A stretch of 64,000 nucleotides of DNA from the human T2T-CHM13v2.0 reference genome, Homo sapiens. The notes beneath the pieces are model-generated. The model was not told the origin of the DNA, did no database searches, and saw only the letters and a list, made by a program, of their open reading frames with translations. Of the stretch, positions 1-18,789 are shown in pieces; the first letter of the stretch is position 1, and each line of letters starts with the position of its first letter. The DNA lies in NCBI RefSeq assembly GCF_009914755.1, contig NC_060947.1; one strand, 5' to 3'. Both the position numbers and the translations under genes were made by a program.

Positions 1-420
1 AGTAAAAAAATTCTCAGTGGATTACAATGGAAGTTTATTTCTCACTGATATTAAGTCCGCTCGGTAGTTGTGGAAAGGTAATGCCCATGTAGCTAATCTG
101 GGACTCAGTCTGTCAGAAGCTCTCTCATCTTCAACGTGAATCTTCAAATGTCACACAGGAATTCAACAACCAGCTGGTAGATAGGGGAAGAGAGAGTGTA
201 TTATTACATCAGAAGTTTTTATGGGTCATGGACCATGTCTGGAAATAACAAAAATAGTGTTACTTCTGTTTCCATTAGCTAGAACTCAACCACATCACCC
301 CCATCTAATTCCAAGACAGCCAGAAATGCAGACTTTAACTAGGCAGCCACTATTCAATTATAAGTTTACAATATGGATCAGGAGCAAGAATCTTTGGTGG
401 ATAGCTAGTCATCTCTTCAC
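1..420. mobile_element. Old MaLR LTR remnant (MLT1J/K-like)
   Basis: MLT1-type motifs 'tctcagtggattacaa..gtttatttctcac' and 'ccattagctagaactcaaccacat..ccatctaattccaagacagccagaaatgcagac'; heavily diverged. Confidence 0.6.
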
Positions 421-1089
421 AGTGTCCAGTCTCTTCTAAAACAATCTGATTTAGGGCATTCTTATTTGTTTGCATTATTTTTTTCACTAGAACTATTTGC
501 TTAAGAGTGATTGATAAGAAAATATAGTGAAAGTTTGCATAAACTTCCATGCCAAGAGGTATGATTTCTAGTCAGAACCTTCCTGCAAAGTTTTCTGAGT
601 ATACAATATGGCATAGGCAACAAAATGTGAGTCCATGTTTCTCTAAAAAAATGGTATTTTCAATGGGTAGATAATTTATTAGTAGCCTGTAAAAGGATTC
701 TTTTCAATGTATTTCTCTGTTGCTGTAAAAGTCAACCTCCAATTTAAAACCAGGCCAATCATAAAAAATAATTCCTAGGGCTGACAAAAGAGATGTTTGC
801 TGTATAATTCACTATCAAGTTTAAAGAATGCATAGAAAAAGGTAATAGGATACCCGAGATTTTTTAAAGACCTATTGAAATTTGTATGCTTTCAATTAAT
901 ATAGCAATATGGTATCTCTATATGGATATAAAACTTCTCAAGTTATTTTTGTTAAGATTCAGTTTTTGAAAGCAGACTACTAAAAACATGTATAATTCTC
1001 CATTTGTGACATCTACTGGGGAATATACACACAAATGTATCCATATAAAAATATTTGTATTTCAAAAATCCAAAGAGCTAATAATTTTT

Positions 1090-2067
1090 TTCATTATACT
1101 TTAAGTTCCAGGGTACATGTGCACAATGTGCAGGTTACATATGTATACATGTGCCATGTTGGTTTGCTGCACCCATTAACTCATCATTTACATTAGATAT
1201 TTCTGCTAATGCTATCCCTCCCCCATCCCCCCACCCCACGACAGGCCCTGGTGTGTGATGTTCCCTGCCCTGTGTCCAAGTGTTCTCGTCATTCAATTCA
1301 CACCTACGAGTGACAGCATGCAGTGTTTGGTTTTCTGTCCTTTCAATAGTTTGCTCAGAATGATGGTTTCCAGCTTCATCCATGTCGCTACAAAGGACAT
1401 GAACTCATCCTTTTTTATGGCTGCATAGTATTCCATGGCATATATATGCCACATTTTCTTAATCCAGTCTATCACTGACGGACATTTGGGTTGGTTCCAA
1501 GCCTTTGCTATTGTGTATAGTGCCACAATAAACATATGTGTGCATGTGTCTTTATAGTAGCATGATTTTTAATCCTTTGGTATATACCCAGTAATGGGAT
1601 GGCTGGGTCAAATGGTATTTCTAGTTCTAGATCCTTGAGGAATCGCCACACTGTCTTCCACAATGGCTGAACTAGTTTACAGTCCCAACAACAGTGTAAA
1701 AGCGTTCCTAATTCTCCACATCCTCTCCATCACCTGTTGTTTCCTGACTTTTTAATGATCGCCATTCTAACTGGTGTGAGATGGTATCTCATTGTGGTTT
1801 TGATTGGCATTTCTCTGATGGCCAGTGACAATGAGCATTTTTTCATGTGTCTGTTGGCTGCATAAATGTCTTCTTTTGAGAAGTGTCTTTGCATGTCCTT
1901 CGCCCACTTTTTGATGGGGTTGTTTGATTTTTTTCTTGTAAATTTGTTTAAGTTCTTTGTAGATTCTGGCTATTAGCCCTTTGTCAGATGGGTAGATTGC
2001 ACAAATTTTCTCCCAATCTGTAGGTTGCCTGTTCACTCTGATGGTAGTTTCTTTTGCTGTGCAGAAG
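1090..2067 (-). mobile_element. 5'-truncated L1PA (about L1PA5-6) 3' end
   Basis: L1 3'UTR and ORF2 C-terminal peptides ([10 protein letters not shown].., WNQPKCPS..); TSD aagagctaataattttt 1073-1089 / aagatctaatgattttt 2068-2084. Confidence 0.95.
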
Positions 2068-2159
2068 AAGATCTAATGATTTTTATCTGCTTTAACTGTT
2101 TCACACCCAGAATTTATCTTAAAAATTGAGTGGTGGTTAAAATTATCTTTAAAAAATTT

Positions 2160-3900
2160 TTCTTTAACTTTTTGTTTTGAAACAATTTCAGACTTACAGA
2201 AATACTACCAAAATTGCACAAATGATTTATATATACCCATTCACTGAGATTCCCCCAAATGTTCAAAGTTTACCTTACCCCATTTGCTGTCACTATCTCT
2301 GTCTCTGTATTTGTTTCTTTCCCTTTCACTCTCTCCCTCTCTCTCCACGCACACACATGACTTTTCTGGAATCATTTGATAGAAGGTTGAAAATAAAATT
2401 TCCATCTCTAAATACCCCAGTTGGTATTCCCTTAAAACATGGGTATTCCATTTCCTAAACACAGTATATTAACCAAAATCGGGAACTTAAAAATGATAAA
2501 ATAATATTAGCTAATTTTCAGTTCTATTCAATCTCCCTGTTATCACACTAACATCGTTCATATGAACAGAAACGAAAAATCTCGTCCAGGATCCATTCCT
2601 GGGATCACACGTTGCTTTTCATATCCACAGCACTTTGGTCTCCTTTGAGACATTTTTTCAGTCTCTCTTTTTTTTTCATAACCATGACATTTTTGAACAG
2701 TACGGGCCAGTTCTTTTGTCAAAAGTCCCTCAGTTTAGGTCTGCCTGATGTTTCCTTTTGATTAGATTCAACTTACACATTTTTGACAGGAATATCACAA
2801 AATCAATATTGGTTCTTCTCATCATATCGTATAATGAGGTCCATGACAGCAATTTGTCCCATTACCTGGTGATGTTAACTTTCATTATCGGTTAAAGGGG
2901 TGTCTGCTTGGTGTCTCTACTATAAAGTTACTAGTTTTCCCTTTGTAATTAATAAGTACCTTGCGGAGAGATACTTTGAGACTAATTAAATATCTTATTT
3001 CCCATCATTCGCTAACTTTGGTGTCCATTGATGATCTTTCCCTGAAGCTATTATTGCTATAGTAGTTGCCAAATGGCAATGTTCTAATTTGACCATCCCT
3101 TCTTTATTTTGGATTCTACTGTAAGGGTGAGTTTTCCCTTCTTCCTTATTAATTTATTTTTATTCATTTATATGTATTAATAAAAGCTCATGGTTTCTTA
3201 TTTTATTCTATGGGTTATTATCTGTTACTGCATCATTTATTCTGATTCTCAAATTGTCCCAGATTTGGCCAGTGTTAGCCCCTTCAAACTGACTCTGTGT
3301 CATTTTTTACATGTCTTCATCATTGTTTGAACATTTCCTTATTTTCTGGCATAAATTCTTTCAGGCTCATCTTGTACTTTCCTTACTCCAAAACTTCCCA
3401 TGGAACCTGGTTCCTAGTAGGGGAAAATTGTATTTAGAAACTAAGATCTGTGTGCTAGATATGCTCATTGACTGCTGCTGATGTACTATTGTTTCTACGT
3501 ATGCTTGTGTAAAGAGGCATGGACAGATATAGATATTACCTGAATTTAAGACTGATGCTGTCCAGTTTACTACGCAATAACAACACAGGGTCAATTCTTG
3601 CTTTCTCCTTTCCATATTTTTAATTTCCTTCTCCAGAAGTAAAAAACTTGCTTATAATTTTCCACAATATATTTACTTGTTTGATCAGTCCTACAATATA
3701 TATAGTTTCAAAATTGCTAGCAACGCACAGAGAAAATGAATTTACCAACTAGAATGTGCACTGGTTATAGTTCTAATTATCTTTATTCTGAGGGCATATG
3801 ACCAAATACTGTGTTCCAAACTACCTTGAGTTAGCATCACTACAATGTGATGCTAATATTTATTTGAAATACAGTTAGGCTCATTTACTTCTATTTGTAT
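2160..3900 (-). mobile_element. Old L1MC4/5-like 3' region
   Basis: Begins 'ttttgaaacaatttcagacttacagaaa..tacccattcactgagattccccc', typical of an antisense L1MC 3' end; degraded, right boundary approximate. Confidence 0.75.
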
Positions 3901-4588
3901 GTCACTTTGATTCATCTTCTTATCCATTGCCCTTTTGTTGTACTAAAATAATCAAATACTATTTAGAATTTCTTATCTTATTCACAGTTATTTCATTTAT
4001 CACGTGTTATAATTTTAATTATTTGGTTTTGGATTTCGTCCCTTAAAATTTTTTTTCAATTCTTAAAATTTTTAATAGCATTTGGTGTCATCGTATTCTG
4101 CATAAATATTTAGCATTTGTAATGTTATCAAATGTCGGGATTGTTTCTGCCAAATGAGTAAAATTGCCATTATCATGCTCATAAAGTTTCCTAGATATCT
4201 TCATCTGAGTGCTAGATATTGTTTTACCAAAAGTAGAAACATATATTATTAATTTAACAACAACACGACAATTTTTTTTCACTTTCATTTTTCTTAATGT
4301 TCTATTACACTACAGCTATTTTTCAAACTGGATTTAAATTTTGAGTACCTAGGACTATTGGTAATATACTTTTCACTTTCTTCAAGTTTCATAAACATTC
4401 GGCTCATGTTGCTAATCTTTGTGCTCCTACTTTTAATTGATAGTTTTCTATCTCCAAAAACTTTGGAACATTGAAAAAAATATAGAATTATTTGAGGTAA
4501 AGTAAAGCAACCAGGATCTAGCGATTTTTGCCATTAGAAAAAATTCATGTATAATAACTTATATAAAAGTTCAAACCATACCATTTTC

Positions 4589-5685
4589 TTTTTTTAATAT
4601 TAATCCTATTTTTAATTATTTATTAATTTATTTATCTATTATACTTTAAGTTCTAGGGTACATGTGCAGGTTTGTTACATATGTATACATGTGCCATGTT
4701 GGTGTGCTGCATGTATACATATCATTTAATGATGTTAACTCATCATTTACATTAGGTATATCTCCTAATGCTATGCCTCCCCCCTCCCCCACCCCATGAT
4801 AGGCCCCAGTGTGTGATGTTCCCCACCCTGTGTCCAAGTGTTCTCATTGTTCAGTTCCCACCTATGACTGAGAACATGTGGTGTTTGATTTTCTGTCCTT
4901 GCAATAATTTGCTCAGAATGATGGTTTCCAGCTTCATCCATGTCCCTACAAAGGACATGAACTCATCATTTTTTATGGCTGCATAGTATTCCATGGTGTA
5001 TAAGTGCCACATTTTCTTAATCCAGTTTATCATTGATGGGCATTTGGGTTGGTTCTAAGTCTTTGCTATTGTGAATAGTGCTGCAATAAAAATATGTGTG
5101 CATGTGTCTTTATAGCAGCATGATTTATAATCCTTTGGGTATATACCCAGTAATGGGATGGCTGGGTCAAATGGTATTTCTAGTTCTAGGTCCTTGAGGA
5201 ATCGCCACACTGTCTTCCACAATGGTTGAACTAGTTTACAGTCCCACCAACGGTGTAAAAGTGTTCCTAATTCTCCACATCCTCTCTATCACCTGTTGTT
5301 TCCTGGCTTTTTAATGACTGCCATTCTAACTGGTATGAGATGATATCTCATTGTGGTTTTAATTTGCATTTCTCTGATGGTCAGATATGATGAGCATTTT
5401 TTCATGTGTCTGTTGGCTGCATAAATGTCTTCTTTTGAAAAGTGTCTGTTCATATCCTTTGCCCACTTTTTGATGGGGTTGTTTGATTTTTTCTTGCGAA
5501 TTTGTTTGAGTTCTTTGTAGATTCTGGCTATTAGCCCTTTGTCAGATGGGTAGATTGCACAAATTTTCTCCCATTCTGTAGGTTGCCTGTTCACTCTGAT
5601 GGTAGTTTCTTTTGCTGTGCAGAAGCTCTTTAGTTTAATTAGATCCCATTTGTCAATTTTGGCTTTTGTTGCCATTACTTTTGGG
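4589..5685 (-). mobile_element. 5'-truncated L1PA (about L1PA4-5) 3' end
   Basis: ORF2 C-terminal peptide [30 protein letters not shown]; L1 3'UTR and T-rich tail; TSD accattttc 4580-4588 / 5686-5694. Confidence 0.95.
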
Positions 5686-6080
5686 ACCATTTTCAATAAG
5701 ACTGTTGTTTAATATTAAAATTTATGCCTAGCTACCTGAATTGGTGTAAAGTACATTTGGTTTAATAACTCTTCAGAATTTTTAAAAAATTTATACTTAA
5801 AAAAATTATTCTGTTATCACTGACATGGAAGATGAAGTACATCCCCAACCATCTTCATTTGTTATTTATCTGGGCTGTATTCTGAGGCTAGAAGTTTCTA
5901 AAAGCTTTTTTTTTTTAGTTTCTTCATCTATTATTTTCAAAAATTTTTTTCATTTTCTTCTTTAATGGTTTTATATTTTGTATTTTCTGATGTTGATAAT
6001 ATCATTGTTTTTAAACATCTGAGATAAATTATATATTAGTTTATAATTATATGTCATATTTTATAATATTTTAAAAAATA

Positions 6081-6400
6081 GGCCAGGCATGGTGGCTCAT
6101 TCATGTAATCCCAGTGCTTAGGGAGGCCGAAGTGTGTAGATTGTTTGAACCCAGGAGTTTGAGACCATCCTGGGCAACATAGTGAGACTCTGTCTCTACA
6201 AAAAGTTAAAAAATTAGCAGAGTGTGGTGGCACATGCCTGTGGTCCCAGCTACTAGGTAGGCTTAGGCAAGAGGATCACCTGAGCCCAGGGAGTTCAAGG
6301 CTGCAGTGAGCCATGATCACACGACTGCACTGAGGCTGAAGCCTCAGTGACAGAGTGAGACTCTTTCTCTCTCTCTTTCTTTCTGTCTCTCTCTGTCTTT
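6081..6400 (+). mobile_element. AluJ with CT-rich tail
   Basis: Dimeric Alu with J-type diagnostics (gagcccagg, gttcaaggctgcagtgagccatgatc). Confidence 0.93.
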
Positions 6401-6828
6401 AATTCTGCTAAATTTGAACACTAGCTTTTGTGCTGAGAAAATTCCCATAACAATAAATACACATTTGCTATAATATAATTATGGATCATTAAGTAGTAAT
6501 CTCTATTTTATGACCATGTGATATTTACTTTGTGGATTATTAAAGATAAATGCATATGACTTATTAGTTAATGATTCATATCATAATGGAATAATTTATA
6601 GAGTTTAACTGAGAACTCAGCAATGCCATTGCAGAAGAGCAAAAACAAAACAAAACAAAACAACCACACAAAAATAGCAGAGTATATGAGCTATATAATA
6701 TAAAATGCCTAGCCAGGTCCAGTTTTCTAATGTACTGTGCAGTGAGTATTTAAAATATATATGTATATATATTTAATATCATATTAAATATTGAGTTGCT
6801 TCTTATTAAAAATCAATCTTTTTATTAA

Positions 6829-7161
<333 letters not shown>

Positions 7162-7679
7162 TAGCTAGGTATCAAGTTAAGTAGGTAAGTGGAAAGGTAA
7201 AACTGTTGGTAATTGTTGAATTTCCCTTTTACAGCAAAAGCTCATTGAAGAGGCTGTATGCCTCCCCTGCAATTTTAGCATGATGCCCGCACAAAACAGT
7301 CAATAACTAATGCTAGCGGGGTTCACAGTGAATGCCGTTGCCTTGCCCAGGAGCATACAATGAATCCTTATTTGTAATTACAACACATCGAAACACATGA
7401 AACTGGTCTGATCTTGGAACACAGGCTGAAGGCATTTAAAATGATCTCAGAGGTCTAAATATCCTAATTTTATGGTAGGATATGTAAAATCATCCCATTT
7501 CCAGTCTCTTATGTTATTTTAGTTCTCCAAGTAGGTTTTCCTATCAGAAAGAAAAAGTATTGGTTAGTTAACACAGTTCTCTGTTCCCTTTGACAGGTAA
7601 GTCTGGATATTACAATGCAGTTCCAAAGTCAATGCCCCTTGGGTAATTAATCAATTCAAGTTTCTGACTTGCAAACGTT

Positions 7680-7825
7680 GGCATCATCTCTGCCTCTTAT
7701 TTCTCATGCTCTTTTGCTGACAACTTCCAAATCCCTATCTCTATTCAGACAACTCCAGATTTATATGAATTTCTGTCTTCTGGATATTTCCATCTGAGCA
7801 TTCCACAGGTACCACAAATTCACAT
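7680..7825 (+). mobile_element. L2 fragment
   Basis: 'gctgacaacttccaaatccctatctc..ctggatatttccatctgagcattccacaggtaccacaaattcaca' resembles L2 ORF2 3' part. Confidence 0.55.
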
Positions 7826-7884
7826 TTTTCTCTCTGACAAAGGAAGACATGACAGGAGCCTTTCCCACACCCCATTCTTCCTGC

Positions 7885-8050
7885 TTTAGGTCATATGTAT
7901 TCTTTTCAAGTATACATAGACAATTTAAAAATTACTGACCACATATTAATCCATAAAATCAATCTTTGCCAAATTTCAAGGAATTTTTTGTTACAACCAT
8001 GTTTTCTGATCCCAGTTTAATTAATGTAGAAATCAATACCAAAAAGAAAG
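7885..8050 (+). mobile_element. L1ME-like ORF2 fragment
   Basis: 'tattcttttcaagtatacatagac..gaccacatatt..tgttttctgatc..gaaatcaata', L1 endonuclease-region remnant. Confidence 0.55.
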
Positions 8051-8084
8051 CTAAAAAGAGATGATTCTACTGTGAGCTTTTATG

Positions 8085-8440
8085 TGTGATATTAAAAGGA
8101 ACTAGCAGTTCTCGATTTCATTTTTGCCTATTTTGACTACTATTTGCACTAAGTATATTTTTCCATCCTTTTATTTTCAGCCTATTTGTGTCTTTGAATC
8201 TTGAGTATGTCTCCTGTGGACTACATATAGTTAGATCATGTGTGTTTGTTTTTTACGTTTATTATGCTAATTTCTACCCTTAGGTCAGAGTGTTTAATCC
8301 ATCGGTGTTTAATAGTTAATGATAAAATGTAGCTCTGACATTTTTGCTTTCTACATGCCTTTCACCTTTTTTGTTCCACCAGTACTTCATTATGGTGTTT
8401 TTTCGTGTGTGTGTTAGATAGTTACATAGTTATTTTTTAG
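8085..8440 (-). mobile_element. Old L1M (L1MB/MC-type), left part, interrupted by the L1MA
   Basis: 'tatatttttccatccttttattttcagcctatttgtgtctttgaatct' antisense ORF2 start; continues at ~16200. Confidence 0.75.
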
Positions 8441-8623
8441 GAGCAGATCAAGATGGTCAGGTAGAAGCCTGCACTGATTGTCCTCCCCACTGGGACACTG
8501 AATTTGACAACTATCTACACAAAAAGCAACTTCATAAGAACAAAAAATCAGGTGAGCAATCACAGTCCCTGGTTTTAACTTAACATTGCTAAAAGAAGCA
8601 TTGAAAAGGGTAGAAAAGACAGG

Positions 8624-8925
<302 letters not shown>

Positions 8926-10370
8926 ATCAGCCTCCCAAATTGCTAGGATTACAGCCATGAGACAGTCTTGAATCTCTAATGCCACCTGGCCACCATCCCG
9001 CTGGTGGATGGGATGGGGAAGGAAGAGTAAAGAGGACTTTGTCTTGCATCTTGGATACCAGCTCAGCCATGGTAAGATAGGGCACCAGCCAGAGTCATGA
9101 GGCCCCCATTATAGGCCCTAGCTTCAGGGCGACATTTATAGACTTACCCTGGGCCAGAAGGGAACTTGCTTCTTTGAAGGGAAGGACCCAGTCCTGGCAA
9201 GATCTATCACCTACTTACTAAAGAGCCACTGGGCCCTGAATAACCAGCAGCAATACCCAGATAATATGCCATAAGCCTGGGGTAAGCCTCTGAGACTTGC
9301 TGGCTTCAGGTGAGACCCAGCATGTTTCCAGCTGTGGTGGATACGGTGAAAGGCTCCTTTGCTTGAGAAAAGCAGAGAAAAGTAAAGAGGACTTATTCTT
9401 GCACCTTATGTACCAGCACATCCACAGTTGGGTAGAGTATGAAGTGGGTCCTTGGGGTCCCCGATTCTAGGCCTTGGCTCTTGGATTGTATTTCAGGACC
9501 TTTTCTGGGCCAGACGGAAGCCCACTGCCCTAAAAAGTGAGTCCCAGGCCTGGCAGCATTTACCAGAAGCTGACTGAAGAGCTCTTGGGCCTCAAGTGAA
9601 CATCGATGGTAGCCTGAAAGTAGTCCCTGTGGACCACCCTGAGGGTGGTGACCATGGAGAGGCTCCTCTGCATGTGGAAGGTGGAGGGAAGAGTGGATTA
9701 AGTGCCAGCTTAGCCACAATAGTATATAGAGTACCAGGTGGATATCTAAGGTTTTTGACTTCAATTCCTGGATCCAAGATGGCATCTCTGGACTGCCTGA
9801 GACCTAAAGAAACTCACAGCCCTGAAAGGGAAGACATAAGCCTGGCTGGTGGCACCAACTGCTGACTGTAGAGCCCTAGGGCCTTGAGCAAACATAGGCA
9901 GTATCCAAGTAGTGATTACTTGAGTGAGACCCAGTGTTGTGCTGGCTTCAGGTCTGACCTAACACAGTCCCTCTAGTGGTGACCACAGTGGGGCTTGTGT
10001 CACCTCACCCCTAGCTCCAGGTGATTAAGCACAGAAAGAGAGACTCCATTTGTTTGGGAGAAAGTAAGAGAAGGGAACAAAAATGTCTCCTTGGTAACGC
10101 AGAGAAAGCTTCCAAATCTTATCAGAGACCACCAAGGTGGTACTTTTATAAGTCTATAAGCAGGAACCACAGGGATACTGGGCTTGGGGTGCCCCCTAAA
10201 CCAGATGAAGCTTAAATCACAACACACAAGTCACTTTGAATACCTGAAAAGCCTTCCCAAGAAAGACAGGAACAAACAAGCCCAGACTGCAAAGACTACA
10301 ATAAATACCTAACTCTTCAATGCCCAGACACTGATGAGCATCCATAAGCATCACCACCACCCAGGAAAAC

Positions 10371-11268
10371 ATGACCTCACCAAATGAACTAAATAGGCCA
10401 CCAGGGACCAATCCTGGAGAAACAAATATATGTGACCTTTCAGACAGACAACTTAATATAGCTGTGTTGAGGAAACTCAAAGAAATTCAAGAGAACACAG
10501 AGAAGGGATTCAGAATTCTCCCATAAATTTAACAAAGAGATTGAAATAATAAAAAAGAATCAAGCAGAAGTTCTGGAGTTGGAAAATGTAACTGACATAC
10601 TGAAGAATGAATCAGAGTTTCTTAATAGCAGAAAAAGGAATTAGTGAGCTTGAAGACAGGCTATTTGAAAATACACAGTCAGAGGAAACAAAAGAAAAAA
10701 TAAAAAAGAAAGAAGCATGCCTAAGAGACCTAGAAAATAGCCTCAAAAGGGCAAATCTAAGATATATTAGCCCTAAACAAGAGGAAGAGAAAGAAATACA
10801 GATAAAAAGTTTATTTAAAGGGATAATAACAGAGAACTTCCCAAACCTAAAGAAATATATCAGTATTCAAGTACAAGAAGGTTATAGAACATCAAGCAGA
10901 TTTAACCCAAAGAAGACTAATTCAAGGCATATAATAATTAAAATATCAAAGGTCAAGGATAAAGAAAAGTTCCTAAAAGCAGAAAGAGAAAAGAAACAAA
11001 TAACTTAAAATGGAGGTCCAACGTGTCTGGCAGCAGACTTTTTAGTCGAAATCTTAAAGGCCAGGAGAGAGTGGCATGACATATTTAAAGTGCTGAAGAG
11101 AAAAAAATTTCCCCTAGAATAGTATATCTGCTAAAATTATCCTTAAATCATGAAGGAGAAATACCAACTGTTCCAGACAAACAAAAGCTGATGAATTTCA
11201 TCAACACTAGGCATATCTTATAAGAAATGCTAAAGAGAGTTTTTCAATCTGAAAGAAAAGGCAAATGA
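10371..11268 (+). pseudogene. L1 ORF1p remnant (disrupted)
   Basis: ORF 10607-11008: ISELEDRLFEN..LKRANLR..ITENFPNL..RHIIIK; stops and frameshifts. Confidence 0.85.
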
Positions 11269-11782
11269 GCAATAAAAAATCATCTGAGGGTACAAAACTC
11301 ACAGGTAATAGTAAGTACACCAAGACTCACGTAATGTTAATACAGTGTAATTGTGGTATGTAAACTACTCATATCTTAAGTAGAAAGACAAAAAGAACTG
11401 GTCAAAAATAATAGCTAGAACAACTTTTCAAGACATAGACAGTACAATAAAATATAATCCCATTTAGAAACAACAAAAAGTTAAAACAGCGGGAGATAAA
11501 GTGTAGAAATTTTTTTAGCATTCTTTCTGCTCATTTGTTAGTCAATTTGCTTGTTTATGCAATCAGCATTAACTTGTTATCAGGTTAAAATAATGGGTTA
11601 TAAGATAGTATTTGGAAAGTTCATGGTAACCTCAAACCAAAAAAGCATACAATGGACACACAAAAAATCAAAAGCAAGAAACTAAATCATGTCACCAGAG
11701 AAAATCACCTTCACTAAAAGGAAGACAGAAATAAGGAAGAAGGAAGAGAAGATCATAACACAACCAGAAAACAGACAACAAA

Positions 11783-15600
<3,818 letters not shown>

Positions 15601-17114
15601 CAAATCAGTATATCAAAGAGATACCCACATTTCCCTGTTTATTGCAGCACTATTCACAGTAGCCAAGATTTGGAAGCAACCTAAGTGTCCATCAACAGAC
15701 GAATGGATGAAGAAAATGTGATACATATACATAATGAAGTATGATTCAGCCATAAAAAAGAATGAAATCCTGTCATTTGCAACAACATGGATGAAACTGG
15801 AGATCCTTATGTTAAGTGAAATAAGTTCAGCTCAGAAAGATTAACTTTGCATGTTCTCACTTATTTGTGGGATTTAAAAATCAAAACAATTGAACTCATG
15901 AAGGGAATGGTTTATGGGTACAAAAAAAATAGTTGGAAATAAGAAAAAAGACTTAGTATTTGACAGCAGGACAGGGTGACTATAGTCAATAACAATTTAA
16001 TTGTACACTTTCAAACAACTAAAAGAGTATAATTGGATATTTTATAACCCAAAGGATAAATACTTAAGATGATGGATACACCATTTACCTTGGTGTGATT
16101 ATTATGTATTGCATGCCTGTATCAAATTTTCTCATTTATCCCATAAATATATATAACTACCAAGTACCCACAAAAATTTAAAATATTTTTTTAAAAATCG
16201 ATTTTTAAGTGTACCATTCAAATTTTCTCTATTTTTCTCTATTTTTGAATGATTTGGTGATTAAGTGGTTGTGCTGAATTACAATTAGTGTCTTAATACA
16301 CTATAGTTCTGATTAACATCAGCTTAATTTCAATCAAATATAGAAATTTTGCTCCAACATAGTTCCATCTCCTCCCTTATTATTGTCATACAAATTACAT
16401 CTGTATACATTATAAGTCTATTGAAAAGTCTTTTATAATTATTGTTTTTTTGTGGTTGCATTTTAAATTGGATAGCAGAAGAGTTACAAACAAAAATGCA
16501 TTTATACTGGCTTTTATTTTCTTATGTAAGTACCTTGAGCAGTACTCTTTACTTCTTCAGGTGGATTCAGTTTATTGCATAGTGTCTTTTGATCATAGCC
16601 TGAATGATTCCCTTTAGTATTTCTTGTAGAACAAGTCTACTAGCAATGCATCTCCTCAGTTCTGTTTATCTGGGAATATCTTAATTCTCTTTTGTTTTTG
16701 AAGAATAGCTTCTTTGGACATAGACTCTTTTTTCTCTCAGCACTTTAAATATATTCTCCCACTGCTTTCTGGCTTCATAGATTCTGATAAGTCAGCTCTT
16801 TATTCTATTGAAGATCCCTTATAAATGATGATGAATTGCTATTCACTAAAGTTTTCATTTTTTCTTTGGCTTTCTACAGTCTGACTATGATGTGTCTATG
16901 TGTGGCTCTCTTTGAGTTCATCCTACTTGGAGTTTGTGGAGCTTCTTGGATATGTAGATTGTTTTCTATCAAATTTGGGGAAATTTCAGCCATTATTTCT
17001 TTAAACATTATTTCTGCTCCCTTTTGCTTCTTTTCTCTCTCTGGGACTTTTATAATGCATAGGTGAATATGCTCAATGGCATCCCACAGGTCCCTGAGGC
17101 TCTGGTTCATTATT

Positions 17115-17412
<298 letters not shown>

Positions 17413-17858
17413 TGGTTCATTATTCTTTAGTCATTTTTCCTTTTGTTCCTTGGATTGGATAATTTTAATGACCCTGTCCTCAGATGGGCTGATTCTTTCT
17501 CCTGCCTGCTCAAGTCTGATGTTAAGCCCCTCCACTGGATTTTTCATTTTGGTCTTTGCAATTCCAACTCCAAAATTTCTATTTGGCTCTTTGTTATAAT
17601 TTATCCAATCTTTATTTATAGTTAGTGAGGCATTGTGGTCATACTTTAGTTCTTTACACGATTTTCTTTAGCTCTTTCAAGATAAGAGCTGACTTAAAAT
17701 CTTTTTTTCTGGTAAATCAAATGTCTCGACTGCTTCTGGAACAGTTTCTATTGACTGTTTCCCTCCTCCCTCCCATTCCCCAGGTAAGGACCACACTTTT
17801 ATGTTTCATTGTATCACTTGCAATTGCTTTTGTTGTTGAAACTGGGCATTTTAAATAA

Positions 17859-18167
<309 letters not shown>

Positions 18168-18491
18168 TAATGTCTGTATTCCATGTGTTTTCTAGCTACA
18201 AAATTGTGCTTGATCAGCTTAAATGATCAGCTAATGATTTAACAGATATCTTTAAATGCTTTGACCCAATAATTATTTTCCTCTTTTCTGAGGGTCTCTG
18301 TGTTTGTATATTGGGGCACACCTTCGATGTTCACACAGTTTTGGCTTAACCTTCACTTCCTGCTTGAATAGGGCCTCAAGTTCAGCCCAAGTCAAAGAAT
18401 TGAGACCCCTTCAAGTCTTTCATTGGCATGCCCACAGCCCTGCACATGCACACAGACTTCTAAATCTCCAGTAATGTGTCAGAGCATTTTA

Positions 18492-18789
18492 TTTTTATTT
18501 TTTTAATTTTAATGTTAATTTTTTTTGAGACAGGGTTCTGTTCTGTCACCCAGGCTGTAGTGCAGTAGCGTGAACATGACTCACTATAGACTCAACCTTC
18601 TGGGATCAAGTGAAGCTCCTGTCTCAGCCTCCCAAGTAGCTGGGACTACAGGTGTATTTTTTTATTTTTTGTAGAGGTGGGGTCTCACTTTGTTGCCCAG
18701 GCTGGTCTTGAACTTCTGGCCTCAAGCGACCGTCCCATCTAAGCCTCCCAAAGTGCTGAGATTACAGACATAAGCCACCATACCTGGCC
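18492..18789 (-). mobile_element. AluJ with small internal deletion
   Basis: Antisense Alu; gagcatttta repeated on both flanks. Confidence 0.92.

Noticed and set aside
1090-5685. Segmental duplication explaining the two similar L1PA pieces
   Set aside because: The flanks are unrelated and each copy has its own TSD.
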